Assembly (NCBI RefSeq): GCF_001194135.2
Contig: NC_069001.1
Location: forward strand, 16,021,939 to 16,085,938
DNA length: 64,000 nucleotides
From: Octopus bimaculoides
Taxonomy: Eukaryota
Direction of reading: 5' to 3'
The number at the start of each line of letters is the position of its first letter. Positions within the stretch are counted from its first letter, which is position 1. Positions 12,941 through 25,850 of the stretch are shown piece by piece. The notes under the pieces are model-generated. The model searched no databases. It was not told the origin of the DNA and worked only from the letters and a program-made list of their open reading frames with translations. The translations under genes were made by a program, and so were the position numbers.

Positions 12941-14080
12941 GTAAGGCTAATGTCTTTGGTCCCTTGTGTTGTTGCTTAGCTACAGGTCAGTCCTGGTCAA
13001 GCAGCCCTATATATAATCAGTGCTCCTCTACATATTACTATTTCATCTTCTGAGACAACAAGGTTTAATAATGGATAATTGGCTGCCATTGCAAGCATGT
13101 TTAACAACCAGCATAGAGATATGATCAAAAGCCTTCCATGCATGACCAAGTTATCTTTTTCTCAGGGAAAAGTCTGATGTTATCATTGAGTGTATTCTTT
13201 TATGAGAAGGGTGTAGTTTGAGAAGAGAATTGACTGCTGTTTCTAGCAGACTGATGTAGAGTCTCCCTCATTGACTCATACACCTCATTAGTGTAGTTGT
13301 TGTAATATTTGGTTGCTTAGACTCAGGTCATCTGTTCAAGTAGACCTATCATTGGAGGCATTCCAGCTGTGACCATCCTGTGTTTTTAGTGACATTTAGG
13401 ACTGAAAATATTAATGTCCTTTCTTTCTGAATGATGGGTAAGCTGTGATTTTAGTGGGGTTTGGGCTGTTATTTCTAGCAGATCCAGTAACCAAGCAAGT
13501 ATGAAAGAGCACACACACTCACATTCATTCACTCTTATTCTCAGAAATTATATATTAAAATATATAATGTAGTAATTATGCAATAAGAAGCTGGCATGGC
13601 TGTGTGGTTAAGAGGTTTGCTTCCCAACCATGTGGTTTTGGGTTTAGTCCCACTTTATGGCATTTTGGGCAAATATCTTTTATAACCCTGGACTGTCAAA
13701 ATCCTTGAGGGTGAATTTAGTAGAAGGAAATTGAAAGGAGCTCAGATATCTGGTCAAAGAAGATCAGGCACTAAGTCAATTGTTTACATAGTGAAATCAT
13801 GTAAAGGTTATCTAGTGCAGTTTTGGGAGGGTTGATAACAAAAGGGTTAATACCTTGCAGTTCTGTGATTGATATGTCTTTGGTTTCCTTGGAACTGGTA
13901 ACATAAGATCAGATCAGATCAACTCAAAGTGATGGCGGAAGGAGAAGCACAGATATTGCTGGATGTTCAATGCTTTTAGTTTGAAAATTTAAAGAAAATT
14001 ATGAAGAAATTTATAAATATCTTCTGAATTGCAGTGTTTCTTACTGGAAATGTTTTTTAAAACAATGCATTGTGTTTCAG

Positions 14081-14190
14081 TTGTCAACAAGAAAAGTGTG
14101 TGCCATCCATCCATCATCATCACTGTTCAATTGTAAACCAGCATACGTGATATATAGAGAACTGGTGCAGACTACAAAGTGTTACATGAG
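14081..14190 (+). CDS. DHX33: DHX33-like coding exon (LSTRKVCAIHPSSSLFNCKPAYVIYRELVQTTKCYMR)
   Basis: tttcag acceptor and gtgagt donor; 110 nt; IHPSS-x-LF OB-fold motif; CKP...KCYMR matches DHX33 as recalled. Confidence 0.92.
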
Positions 14191-14721
14191 GTGAGTCAGT
14201 TGTTTTTTTATATAACTAACTGATATAGATTAAAATCAAATGCAGTTGGTTTTGTTAACACCAGGTAAATCCTGATTAACCAGACCTATCATCAAATGCA
14301 TTCTAACCATGGTTATTACTAGCATAGTTGAGTGACCACATTGAATAGCTTGGTGGCACATGCAGAAATACACACATACAGATAAAAGAGGGAGAGAAAG
14401 AGAGGTGGAGACACTGCAATATATTCATTGAATACGACTGACATAAACACTTCTCCTTGTATGAATAAAGAGAAATACACTTGTATTGAACTTGGTTGTT
14501 GTATTGGAATTTTTAACCTAACCCTTTATTTGATCCATGGAGGTACACTCTTCTCATTTCTTTCTCTGCATTTCATGACTTCACTTGGTTTTTTTTTTGT
14601 GAATTACCTTAGTCATGTAGAGATTATTCTGAGTTCAATCCCTGGTAAAGCACTAAAATAATTCACAAAACAAATCAACTGAAATAAGAAAAAAAAAAAA
14701 AAGGTCTCAAAATACAGACAC

Positions 14722-14755
14722 CTGAAGATGGCTGGAGTGTACAACAGCCAAAACG
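14722..14755 (+). ncRNA. Hammerhead-like half motif (core, stem II, G12A), probably a Penelope terminal-repeat remnant
   Basis: CUGAAGA-U-GGCUG(10-nt loop)CAGCC-AAAAC; stems I and III cannot be formed. Confidence 0.4.
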
Positions 14756-15890
14756 CAACGAGATCAACAATCAAGATGAGGATACCAGTCCAACTGATAT
14801 AAACAGTATGCATAATATAAATTCCTCATCTCACTAATATGGAATTGTAAAAATCATTTGTCAGAAATAATTATTATTAAAAATTAGAAAAAGGTGGGAA
14901 GGTGGCAGAGTTGTTAGAGCATTGGCAAAAATGTCTCATGATATTTTTTCTGATTCATGATGTTCTCAGTTCAAATACTGCTGAGGTCAACTGCCTTTTT
15001 ATTCTTTGGGGTTGATAAATTAAGTACTGGTTGAGCACTGGAATCAATGTAATTTGCTATAAATCCCTCCCTCTAACATTGCCAGCCTTGTGTCAAAATA
15101 TTCCATTCAACTGATTCCAGTATTTGACTTGAGTACATTTTATTTTATTGACTTCCCAGGGAAAAAAAAAAAAAAAAGACAAAGTTGATCCTAGTGGGAT
15201 TTGAACTCATAACATAAAGAGGACATAAAGCAATATTTCAAGACATTTTGACTGAAGCTATACTGATTCTGATAGTCTTAATCTTCAAATAATATAAATT
15301 ACTCTTTATCATAAAAAAAAAAAAGCAACTCTGAAATCTAGAAACTTCTATGATGTCTGTGTTTTTTGGTGAAATGTTAGATATCTAATGTAATTTGTAA
15401 GGGCACACACATTTTAAGAAGGATGATGCAGATTACATTGAATCCAGTATTTAATGAGAACTTTTAAACCTGTAATGATGAAAGCTAGATCTGACTCCAA
15501 AGGGATTTGAACACAAAATGTTAAGGGCCTTAATGAAATACCGTATGAAATATCAGGTATGCTGATGCTTCTGCCAACCTAACAGTATTTGAAGCAGTTT
15601 TAGCTTACCTGACCTAGCTCTGTCTTCTGTTAATGTTTGTAGAATAGAGAGAAATAATGGTAAACGGCATTCTTAGCTATTACAGCATAGAATTCTATAG
15701 TCTTCATTTCTGAGAATTTTGTTCTCTGTTTGAAATAATCCTCTTAACCATTTTTTTGTAATGTTTTGTTCTAAATAACAGAACATATTTTGACATATAT
15801 CTAATAGCTTTCATATTTATGATATAAACATATGATCACTTACATATTTATGATACCTACACATTACTTTCACTGTTATTTTTGGTTCTT

Positions 15891-15992
15891 GTATATTTCC
15901 CCTAGTTTTGTTGAACCCCCACAGCTCATAGGTAAGGTTATATAAATTTACCTATGAGCTATGGTGGTTCAGCAAAACTAAGGGAAAGATAC
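15891..15992. repeat. Inverted repeat with 45-bp arms and 12-nt loop
   Basis: Arms 40/45 complementary. Confidence 0.85.
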
Positions 15993-16845
15993 TTGAAATG
16001 AATGACACTGTTTGTATGACAGGGACAACTGTTTACGACTATCTTGCAGTGGCTGTGCGGTAAGAAGCTTGCTTCCCAACCACATGATTCCGGGTTCAGT
16101 TCCACAGCGTGGCACCTTGGGCAAGTGTCTTCTACTATAGCCTCGGGCCAACCAAAGCCTTGTGAGTGGATTTGGTAGACGGAAACTGAAAGAAGCCCGT
16201 TGCATATATATATATATGTGCATTTGTTATTTGCGTCTGTGTTTGTCTCTCCACTATCACTTGACAACCGATGTTGATGTGTTTACACCCCCATCCATTA
16301 GCAGTTCGGCAAAAAGAGACTGATAGAATAAGTATTAAGCTTACATAAAATAAGTCCTGGGTTTGGTTTGTTTGACTAAAGGCAGTGCTCCAGCATGGCC
16401 ACAGTCAAATGACTGAAACAAGTAAAAGAATAGAACAAACAAAACACACACACACACACACACACACAATGATGGGCTTCTTTCAGTTTCCATTTACCAA
16501 ATTCACTCACAAAGCTTTGGTTGTCCAGGTGCTATAGCAGAAGATACTTGCCAAAGGTGCTACACAATGGGCTGACCTTCTGGCTTGCTTCATGCTCTTG
16601 TTTGATGTGTGTGGGGTCATTCCAAGTTGGTGGTCCAACAGGTGATATTATGCATAGAGCTAACCAGGTCCACCAGTACTCTCCATTACTGATGATCCTA
16701 TGCCAGCCCCTCTGCATCCTCCAAGTCAACTACTGAGTTAAATAAGAGTAAAGCCCTGGTAAGATGCTCTAACGGGAGATGGAGGACGTGTCCGTGCCAG
16801 CGCATGCTATGAGGTGGGAGGCTGCGGACTGGACCCAAAGCTTTG

Positions 16846-16992
16846 TTGAGGTCATCTCTCCAGATTTCCTGCAGAAATTATAGCCAGCACTAATATTGTT
16901 ACGACATTTCATATCCGGGACGTCAGATGTAAACAAACGATGAGATCTCATTGGCTATAATTTCTGTAGGAAATCTCTAGAGATGACCTTAA
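16846..16992. mobile_element. Small MITE with 41-bp TIRs and TTAA-like ends
   Basis: TIRs at 16846-16886 and 16952-16992, 37/41 identical. Confidence 0.7.
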
Positions 16993-19961
16993 CACATGAT
17001 TTAAGTGCACTGCTAACAGAGTAGTACACAGTATTGATTTATACTCTTTTACTTGTTTCAGTCATTTAACTGCAGCCATGCTGGAGCACCGCCTTTAGTC
17101 GAGCAAATCGACCCCAGAACTTATTCTTTGTAAGCCTTGTACTTATTCTATCGGTCTCTTTTGCCAAACTGCTAAGTTACAGGGACGTAAACACACCACC
17201 ATCGGTTGTCAAGCGATGTTGGGGGGACAAACATATACACACACACATACATATGTATATATACATATATACGACAGGCTTCTTTCAGTTTCCGTCTATC
17301 AAATCCACTCACAAGGCTTTGGTCAGCCCGAGGCTATAGTAGAAGACNNNNNNNNNNNNNNNNNNNNNNNNNNNNNNNNNNNNNNNNNNNNNNNNNNNNN
17401 NNNNNNNNNNNNNNNNNNNNNNNNNNNNNNNNNNNNNNNNNNNNNNNNNNNNNNNNNNNNNNNNNNNNNNNNNNNNNNNNNNNNNNNNNNNNNNNNNNNN
17501 NNNNNNNNNNNNNNNNNNNNNNNNNNNNNNNNNNNNNNNNNNNNNNNNNNNNNNNNNNNNNNNNNNNNNNNNNNNNNNNNNNNNNNNNNNNNNNNNNNNN
17601 NNNNNNNNNNNNNNNNNNNNNNNNNNNNNNNNNNNNNNNNNNNNNNNNNNNNNNNNNNNNNNNNNNNNNNNNNNNNNNNNNNNNNNNNNNNNNNNNNNNN
17701 NNNNNNNNNNNNNNNNNNNNNNNNNNNNNNNNNNNNNNNNNNNNNNNNNNNNNNNNNNNNNNNNNNNNNNNNNNNNNNNNNNNNNNNNNNNNNNNNNNNN
17801 NNNNNNNNNNNNNNNNNNNNNNNNNNNNNNNNNNNNNNNNNNNNNNNNNNNNNNNNNNNNNNNNNNNNNNNNNNNNNNNNNNNNNNNNNNNNNNNNNNNN
17901 NNNNNNNNNNNNNNNNNNNNNNNNNNNNNNNNNNNNNNNNNNNNNNNNNNNNNNNNNNNNNNNNNNNNNNNNNNNNNNNNNNNNNNNNNNNNNNAATGGT
18001 AAACAGCAGCAGTAGCAGGATGTGTTCTTTATTTTTGCAAGGCGGCAATTAACAAGGGTTGGGGTTGGGGTGGGGATGCTAGAGGGGTCTCTTTCTTTCA
18101 GGGAGTGTTTTAAGGGTGTGATGATATTAAGACAGAATTATAGCAGGCAAGAGGATTCTATAGGTTGTGAGGTGACACGGTGATTTATATATAGTACGTA
18201 TCTAATTGGCTTTGTTGTTGTTTGAATTTGGTGTTATTGGTGCTGCTGTTGCTCTTTAACCCCTGGTCAGCTCTGATCAAAAGCATTCCAGCCATGATCA
18301 TCCTGCCTTTGGAATACTACAGGATTGCATTAGCCAGTGGTGTCCTCATTTTTTAAGATGGAAGGATGTAATTTGAGTGAGATTTTGCTGCTATTTCTAG
18401 CAGTTTAGTCAACAATGTGGAGGTTCTTTTGTTGTCTTGTTGGTGAGTGTGGTGGTGGTGGTTATGATGATGGTAGTGCTGATGTTGTATCTAGTCAGTA
18501 GATTTCATATTCAGTATAATGATTTACCTTAATAGGCTAATGAATGATGTGGAAATAATTTTTTCTATAAATAAATAGTTATTAGCAATTAAAGTTTAAA
18601 AATTTGGAGTAATTTTAACCTTGTTATAAGCCACAGACACATTTGTGTCTGTTTCCATAGTAACAAGTGGAACATGAGAACTCTTTTGTCTGTGAAGAAG
18701 CACGTGTTGACAAATATATTGAAACCGCTTGTATTACCTGTCTGTTGACAATTGAGGATGTGAATTTATGTGGCACAAGAGATATAAAAATTGTGATTTA
18801 CTTGAGAAATTGACTGCATTTCTAACTTTTGTTTCCAATGAACTAGTCAACAAAATGTTTTTTTTTTTTTAAATATTTAATTTATAATGTGCTATTTTGT
18901 TTTTAGATAAATCTTTTAAGTTCATGCTCTGTGTTGTTTACTCATTTCTTTTTGCCATTGAGGTGTGTTAAAAACAACAGCTAAATAACGTTTTTTGATA
19001 AATCTTTTAAGTTTGTGCTATTGCAATGCTAAAAACTACAAAAGACATGTTGTTTACTCTTTCTTGACAACATGTGCTATTTTCAGGGCGTTGAGGACAA
19101 AATGTGCAGTTATGCACAAAATGACACTTTCAAATCCTGTTTCCTGACTGGGTGAAAACGCTCAAACTTTAAACTTCTATAACTTTTTAAAAACATTTTT
19201 CTGGAAAAAGTGAAATAACTCCAGCAATTCAGCTTGGAAAAGTATATTAATGTGCCAAATTTTAAAATTTTCAATAAGCTTTAATTTTTGAAAAGCAAAA
19301 AAATCCCTGGTGTTTGTTATGGTAGTAGGTGGTGGTGATGTTGGTTATATTATTGGTGTGGTGATGGTAGTAGTGTATGTTATGATAACTCGAGCTGATA
19401 TTTGTTATCATTGCTGGTGTTGGCAGTGGGGATGGTGGTGATGTTGGTGGTATTACAATGATGGTCACAATGTTGTTAATGGTGTGGTTTACAGTTAAAT
19501 GTCTCAGTTGTACAATGGGAGTGGTGACACACACACACACACACACACACATAAATATACATATATATGTGTGTGTGTACAACAGGCTTTGTTCAGTTTC
19601 TGTCTACCAAATCCACTCACAAGGCTTTGGTCAGACCAAGGCTATAACAGTAGGCACTTGCCTAAGGTGCCACTCAGTGGGACTGAACCTGGAACCATGT
19701 GGTTGGGAAGTAAACTCCTTACCACATAGCCATGTATTTGTATTACTCATGCTCATTATTGAAATCTCAAAGCTACAAGGTATCATCATCATCATCATCA
19801 TCATCATCATTTAACCTGAGTTTGTATTCAAAACCTTTACAACTTACTCAACAGGGTTTCAATAATACTCTAACCATTTAGCTGTACCCTTTGAGATTGT
19901 TATTAATTTTTTAATTAAACTTGGTTAATTTTCCTTTTTCTTATGTTTCTCTTTCTGACAG

Positions 19962-20028
19962 AGATGTCTGTGTGGTTGATCCCGATTGGCTTTATGATGC
20001 TGCACCGAATTATTTCAAGAAAAAGTAA
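19962..20028 (+). CDS. DHX33: DHX33-like terminal coding exon (DVCVVDPDWLYDAAPNYFKKK*)
   Basis: ctgacag acceptor, phase matches previous exon, TAA at 20026-20028; WLYxAAPxYF C-terminal motif. Confidence 0.92.
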
Positions 20029-20385
20029 TTTCCATTTTTGCTGCTGAACACATCTGCTCATTATAGGACATCTGTTGTAGGACATATCTGCTCACTAAAA
20101 GACATCTATTGAATAACGTGATTGGACACTTGTTGCATATGACACCTGCTCACTATAGAACATCTGCTATAGAACTTCTGCTGGGTAATATATGCAGTAG
20201 GACATCTGCAGTAACAAAATCTGCTGTGTGACATTTACTATAACACACATTCCGTATATTGTTATCTACTACATCCACATCTGTTATACATAGAGTACTA
20301 TACCTATGTACTGCAGTCCACCTATCACAACACAATCACCGTAACAGAAGGCAGGGAAATGGGAATGAATCCATTAAAATCTGTA

Positions 20386-20391
20386 AATAAA
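20386..20391 (+). terminator. Candidate polyadenylation signal of the DHX33-like gene
   Basis: AATAAA ~360 nt after the stop codon, followed by T/GT-rich sequence. Confidence 0.5.
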
Positions 20392-22169
20392 ACCATTTTA
20401 TATATATATTGGTGTCTGTTGTGTTACTTTTTCTCTTTTTTTCTTGTTTCAGTCATTGAACTGCAGCCATACTGGAGCACCTCCTTGGAGAATTTTTTTT
20501 AGTCGAATGGATGACCCCAGTACTTGTTTTTTTAAGCCAGGTCTTATTTCATTGGTCTCTTTTGCCAAACTGCTGAGTTACAGGATGTAAACACACCAAC
20601 ACTGGTTGTCAAACAGTGGTGGAGGACAAACGCAAAGACACACACATAGATAGATATAATTATATGTACAACAAGCTTCTTTCAGTTTCTGTCTACCAAA
20701 TCCACTCACAAAGCTATAGTAGAAGACACTTGCCCAAGATGTCACGCAGTGGGACTGAACCCAGAACCATGTGGTTGTGAAACAAGCTTCTAACCACATG
20801 GCCACACCCACACCTTTATTGAAGTTCCCTTGTTTTGTTGTTTATCTTTTTAGGGTCAGTGAGTACTAGTTATATATTGAGTTTAGTTTAACCCTTTAAC
20901 ATTTAAACCATCCATATCTGGCCAGCCAAAATATTTCACCTGTTTATGTTCAAACTGGCCAGAACCAGCCTCTCATACTAACCCTACAATGACATTCTAA
21001 AAGTATCCCATTATTGAAATCTGTCCTCACTGCCTGCCACCATCAGACATGACTACAGTGGGCTACACAGCACTGACATTGGCGACATCAACAATAGAGG
21101 TTGATAGTCTTCTCTGACAAGAGCCGGTATTGTGTTTCCACCTTGGAACAGCCAGAGCAGTGTGCCCTGCTTGCAATTGGCCGATAGTTTATTCTCTCTG
21201 CGCTGCTTACAATTGGATCATACCTGATGCATCCAAATTACAAATGCTAGGAACGCAGTTCAAGTTATTTTTATACCCATAACCTCCACAAGATGCATGT
21301 GCATTTTCATGACAACTGTTTGCGACTGCCCCCCACGGTATTCAACACAGCTGCGTTTAGGCATCTTGTTTCAGGGAAAGTTGAAAGGTTAACTGCAATT
21401 TGGGTCTCAGTCATAAACCAGCATGTCTTGGAATATTTACACTTACATCCCCTGAAATAAATTTTCAGAATTTACCATATAAAAATGACATTTGAAAAAA
21501 TAGTGTATCTTTTGCAGTTCAATGTGCAGTTTTTTTTATCTTTTAAAATAAAATAACCCATGTGTGTGTGTGTGTGTTCCCTCTTTTTACTGATTGAACT
21601 CCTTCTTAACCACACAGCTATGTCCTTAAGGAACTTTGAGGGATCCATCAACTCTAACCCCTTTTATAATCACAATTATTTTAAAATGTCAGATGTCTCC
21701 CTGTTTCTGTTTTATTCAACTCACTCGATTTTTGTTTTTTGTTCTTCTTTAGCCGTATTCGTTTTCAGTTTTATGTTTTGGCCTACTTCTGTATTGTCTA
21801 CAGCTAATTCTCATATTACATTGTTTGTCTACCACTCCTTCACACACAGAGAACCATACCAAAACGATTCCACCTTTGGCAGAGAACTTTTTATTTTCTG
21901 CTTAAATCCCAAATGTCTTGTTAACTCATCTTCACAGAGTCTATCATATTACCCATCCACACAATCATGCCATACTTTACAGACATTCTACCCTCTTCTT
22001 TCTCTTCCAACACACATTCTCTCTCACTGTTACCCTCCCTCCTAACTCTACGTCAACAGTGACAACCTCTGTATTATTATATAACTTCATCACAACCATG
22101 TCATTCATTGTCACATTGCAGCTTCATCATTATATTACAGGCACTGCATCAATACAGCACAGCCATAAA

Positions 22170-22650
22170 TGAAAGAAAATTACAGCCATGTCACAACATC
22201 ATAGTTACATAAATAAGAAAACTAATTTACTGTCGCATCACATTCATGTTAGAGCCACATGAAAACCATATTAGAACTACATTGCAGTACGTCATAGTCA
22301 CATAAAAACCATATAACAGTCATAATGCAACATATCATAACCATTAAAAAAAAACATATTACAGTCATATTGTAACACATTACAGCCGTATTGCAACTTC
22401 ACAATCACATAAAAAAACCATAGTATAGCCATATTGTAAATTCACACCCACATAAAATAAAAAAAACATATTATAGCATGTCACAGCCACATAAAACCAT
22501 ATTACAACACATAACAGCCACATAAAGAACGAAGACATGTCATAGTTACATAAAGAAAAGATCCATATCACATTCATATGACAAGTACATTAATGCCACC
22601 TAAACATCATATTACAGTCATATTGCCTTACATAACAGCCATAAAAAATA
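22170..22650. repeat. Degenerate minisatellite (acagccacataaaaaccatatt-like)
   Basis: Recurrent cacataaa, acagcc and catatt units. Confidence 0.6.
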
Positions 22651-22675
22651 AGACCCACATCCCAACCAGGGGTAA

Positions 22676-23650
22676 GTAAGAATTTTACAGTGTACCCAGT
22701 GTAAACTATGATTGCACAAAGCAAGGGGTTTAGTGGGATCACAGGAAGGTTTACAAAGGAACTAGACATTGCATGTGGCAGGTGCACAGGGGCAATAAGT
22801 ACTAAGAACACGTGTGAGGTAGACTCTCTCCAGTTCCCAGGAGGTTCTCTAGAAGTAGTTGATAGATTCTGTTAACCTAATGAACCTAATTAGCTGTGGA
22901 GGTGGGGGTGTTTAGAAAGCATAGTTGACAGAATTGAGAACTAACTAGAAAAAGTTCAGAAAGTTATATTATCTCTCCTGGCAAAATGCTTTTCCCTCAG
23001 AGTGAAGAACAGATTATATGTATGGTGTTAGTCTTTGAAGTGTGATACTATACTTTCTGAACATGCTGACCTCCACTTCTAATTAGGTCCATTAGGTTAA
23101 CAGAAGCTCTCAACTTCTAGAGAGCCTCGAGGGAACTGGAGAGAGTCTCCCTCACACGTGCTCTTAGTACTTATTGCCCCTGTGCACCTGCCACATACAA
23201 AGTCTAGTTTTTCTGTAAGCCTTCCTGTGATCCCACTAAGCCTTTTGCCTTGTGCGCCCTTAGTTTACACTGGGTACACTGTATAGGGTTCTTACTCAGT
23301 AATGAGATGTGGACCTTGATTGCCAAGGATTTTTAAAGACCAGAAATGAAGCAAAAATACTTCCTTGGATGTTTAATTGTAATGTGTGTGAACAACAGAG
23401 CACAAGTGAGCTGAGAGATAACTGAATGGAAAAAGAATCAGATGTAGTGTGTAAGAATGAAGATTGCGTTGGTATACACAAGTGATGTGTATGGAGGAGG
23501 GCAGATGTATAAGGAAGTGTCATATGTTCAAAGTGAATAGAATTAGGGGAAAAGAGACACCAAGGAAGACTTGGGCTGAAACAGTCAACATAGATCTGAA
23601 GTTGTGGCACCTTTCTATGGAGATGACTAAGGACTATACTGATTAGCAAC
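22676..23650. mobile_element. RTE LINE 3' region containing a 250-bp inverted duplication
   Basis: Arms 22676-22925 and 23047-23295 are reverse complements; the downstream part encodes a GxxxPRKTW-like RTE C-terminus. Confidence 0.75.
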
Positions 23651-23982
23651 ATACTGTAGTGGTGGTGGTGGGGCCTGTCTACTTATCCAGGCATGGCAAA
23701 ATAGATGTTAAAGTTTGTCTATATGCATGTGTATATATATATATATGCATAGCTTGATATCTTTATGGATCTTTTATCTTGTTTCAGTCATTTGACTGTG
23801 GCCATACTGGGGACAAATTGACCCCAGTACATACTTTTTTTTAAAATCTGGTATTATTCTGTTGGTTTCTTCTACTGAACCACTAAGTTACAGGGGACAT
23901 TAACAAACCACACTGTTTGTCAAGCAGTTGTGATGTAAGGACAAGCACAAAGACACACACAGATGCATATATATATATATAT

Positions 23983-24368
23983 ACTCTTTTACTTGTTTCA
24001 ATCATTTGACTGCGGCCATGCTGGATCACCACCTTTAGTCGAGCAAATCGACCCCAGGACTTATTCTTTGGATGCCTAGTACTTATTCTATCGGTCTCTT
24101 TTGCCGAACCGCTAAGTTACGGGGACGTAAACACACCAGCATCGGTTGTCAAGCGATGTTGGGGGGACAAACACAGACACACAGACACACAAATACACAC
24201 ACACACACACATATATATATGACGGGCTTCTTTCAGTTTCTGTCTACCAAATCCACTCACAAGGCTTTGGTCGGCCTGAGGCTATAGTAGAAGACACTTG
24301 CCCAAGGTGGGACTGAACCCGGAACCATGTGGTTGGTAAGCAAGCTACTTCCCACACAGCCACTCCTA
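23983..24368 (-). mobile_element. SINE family A, young copy
   Basis: High identity to 58400-58808; CpGs retained. Confidence 0.85.
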
Positions 24369-24412
24369 CACATATATATACATACACACATATACATACA
24401 TACATACACATG

Positions 24413-25627
24413 CGGGGTGTTCATTAAAGATTTTCCCTGACCAACTTCTTGTTATTGCAGGAAAAAGAACTTTTATTGGTATAATCATGTCTCTTACAAT
24501 CATAAATTGTAAATTGCAGTATTCGTTTGTGGCAGTTGAATGCAGATCAGTGATCAGGTTCTTATACTTGAAAGGTCATACATCAAAAGAGACTTTCGAT
24601 GAGATGAAAGAAGTTTATGATGACGATGCATCATCATACAACATAGTTAAGCACTGGCATCACCAGTTCAAATGTGGTCAGACATCAGTGGAAACTGCTC
24701 CTATTCCTGGAGGACCACATTCTGCCATTGATGAAAACACCATCCATAAAGTGAAAGCTGCCATTTTGGAGCATCACTGCATAATTATTTGGCAACTAAC
24801 CCAAGAAGTGAAGGTACGTGTAGGGTCTGTGGAAAAAAAATCATTCACAACCATTTGCACATGCGGAAGTTATCTGCACGATGGATTCCGTGGATGCTCG
24901 CACCTTTTCAGAAGCAGGAATGAGTCAATTGCTCCCAGGCTCTTTTGGCAATGTGCCAAGAAAATGAGGACTTTTTTGGCAGACTTATCACACAGGTCCA
25001 TCACTATGATCCTGAGACTAAAGTTCAGTTGAAGCAATGGAAGCATGATAATCCATCACCTCCAAAGAAGGCTCGTGTCCAACCCTCAGCAGGCAAGGTG
25101 ATGCTCAGTCTTTTGGGACCAACACAGAGTAGGGATGGTGGATTTTCTGACAAAGGGCACCACAATTAACAAGGCATATTATGCTTCCTTCTCTTCTGCA
25201 GAAATTGCAGGACACCATCAAAGCAGAGAGGCATGGAATGTTGACCAAAGGTGTCCACCTCCTCCAAGGTAACACCCCAGTTCACAATGCACGTGTTGGC
25301 CAGATGAAAGCACGCTCTTACAGCTATGAAATCCTTCCTCATCTCCCGACCTCGCACCATATGACATCCACCTCTTTCCAACCATGAAGTCTTTTTTGAA
25401 GGGGAAGCACTTTTTGGATGATGATGAACTTATTTCTGAGGTAAAGTCTTGCCTCCAGACGTAGCCTACCGACTTCTGCAGACAAGGTCTTCACAGCTGC
25501 AATAAGCGATGGGAGAAGTGTCACAATTCGTAGGGGCTATGTAGAGAAGGACTAATAATTATGCCAAGTTTTGTTTATCCCAGTCCTTGGGAAGTGGGTC
25601 AGGGGAAATCTTTAATGAAAACCCCTG
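24413..25627 (+). mobile_element. Near full-length mariner (irritans-like) with frameshifted transposase
   Basis: ~30-bp TIRs at 24413-24442 and 25597-25627; ORF pieces carry the HTH, HHYDPETK, SAGKVM, SPDLAP and GYVEK* motifs; first and second catalytic Asp lost. Confidence 0.9.
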
Positions 25628-25850
25628 CTGGTGACAAAGGGCCTCTCGTTCAGAGTAAAAGGTAGACTGTATGACGCATGTGTATGAACAGCCATGCTAC
25701 ATGGCAGTGAAACATGGACTATGACAGCTGAGGACGTGCATGAGCTTGCAAGGAATGAAGCCAGTATGCTTTGTATATGTATAAGTATAAATATATAATA
25801 TAATAATAATAAATATGTTAGTTTAAAAATTTTGAATTAAGTTTTTAAAG

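Noticed and set aside
17206-18052. Long ORFs spanning N runs (also 34458-35294, 54739-55299, 56645-57522, 59449-60431)
   Set aside because: Artefacts of assembly gaps translated as X
22170-22650. Repeat-spacer-like pattern
   Set aside because: Units are irregular and degenerate, the context is eukaryotic and there are no cas genes; not CRISPR
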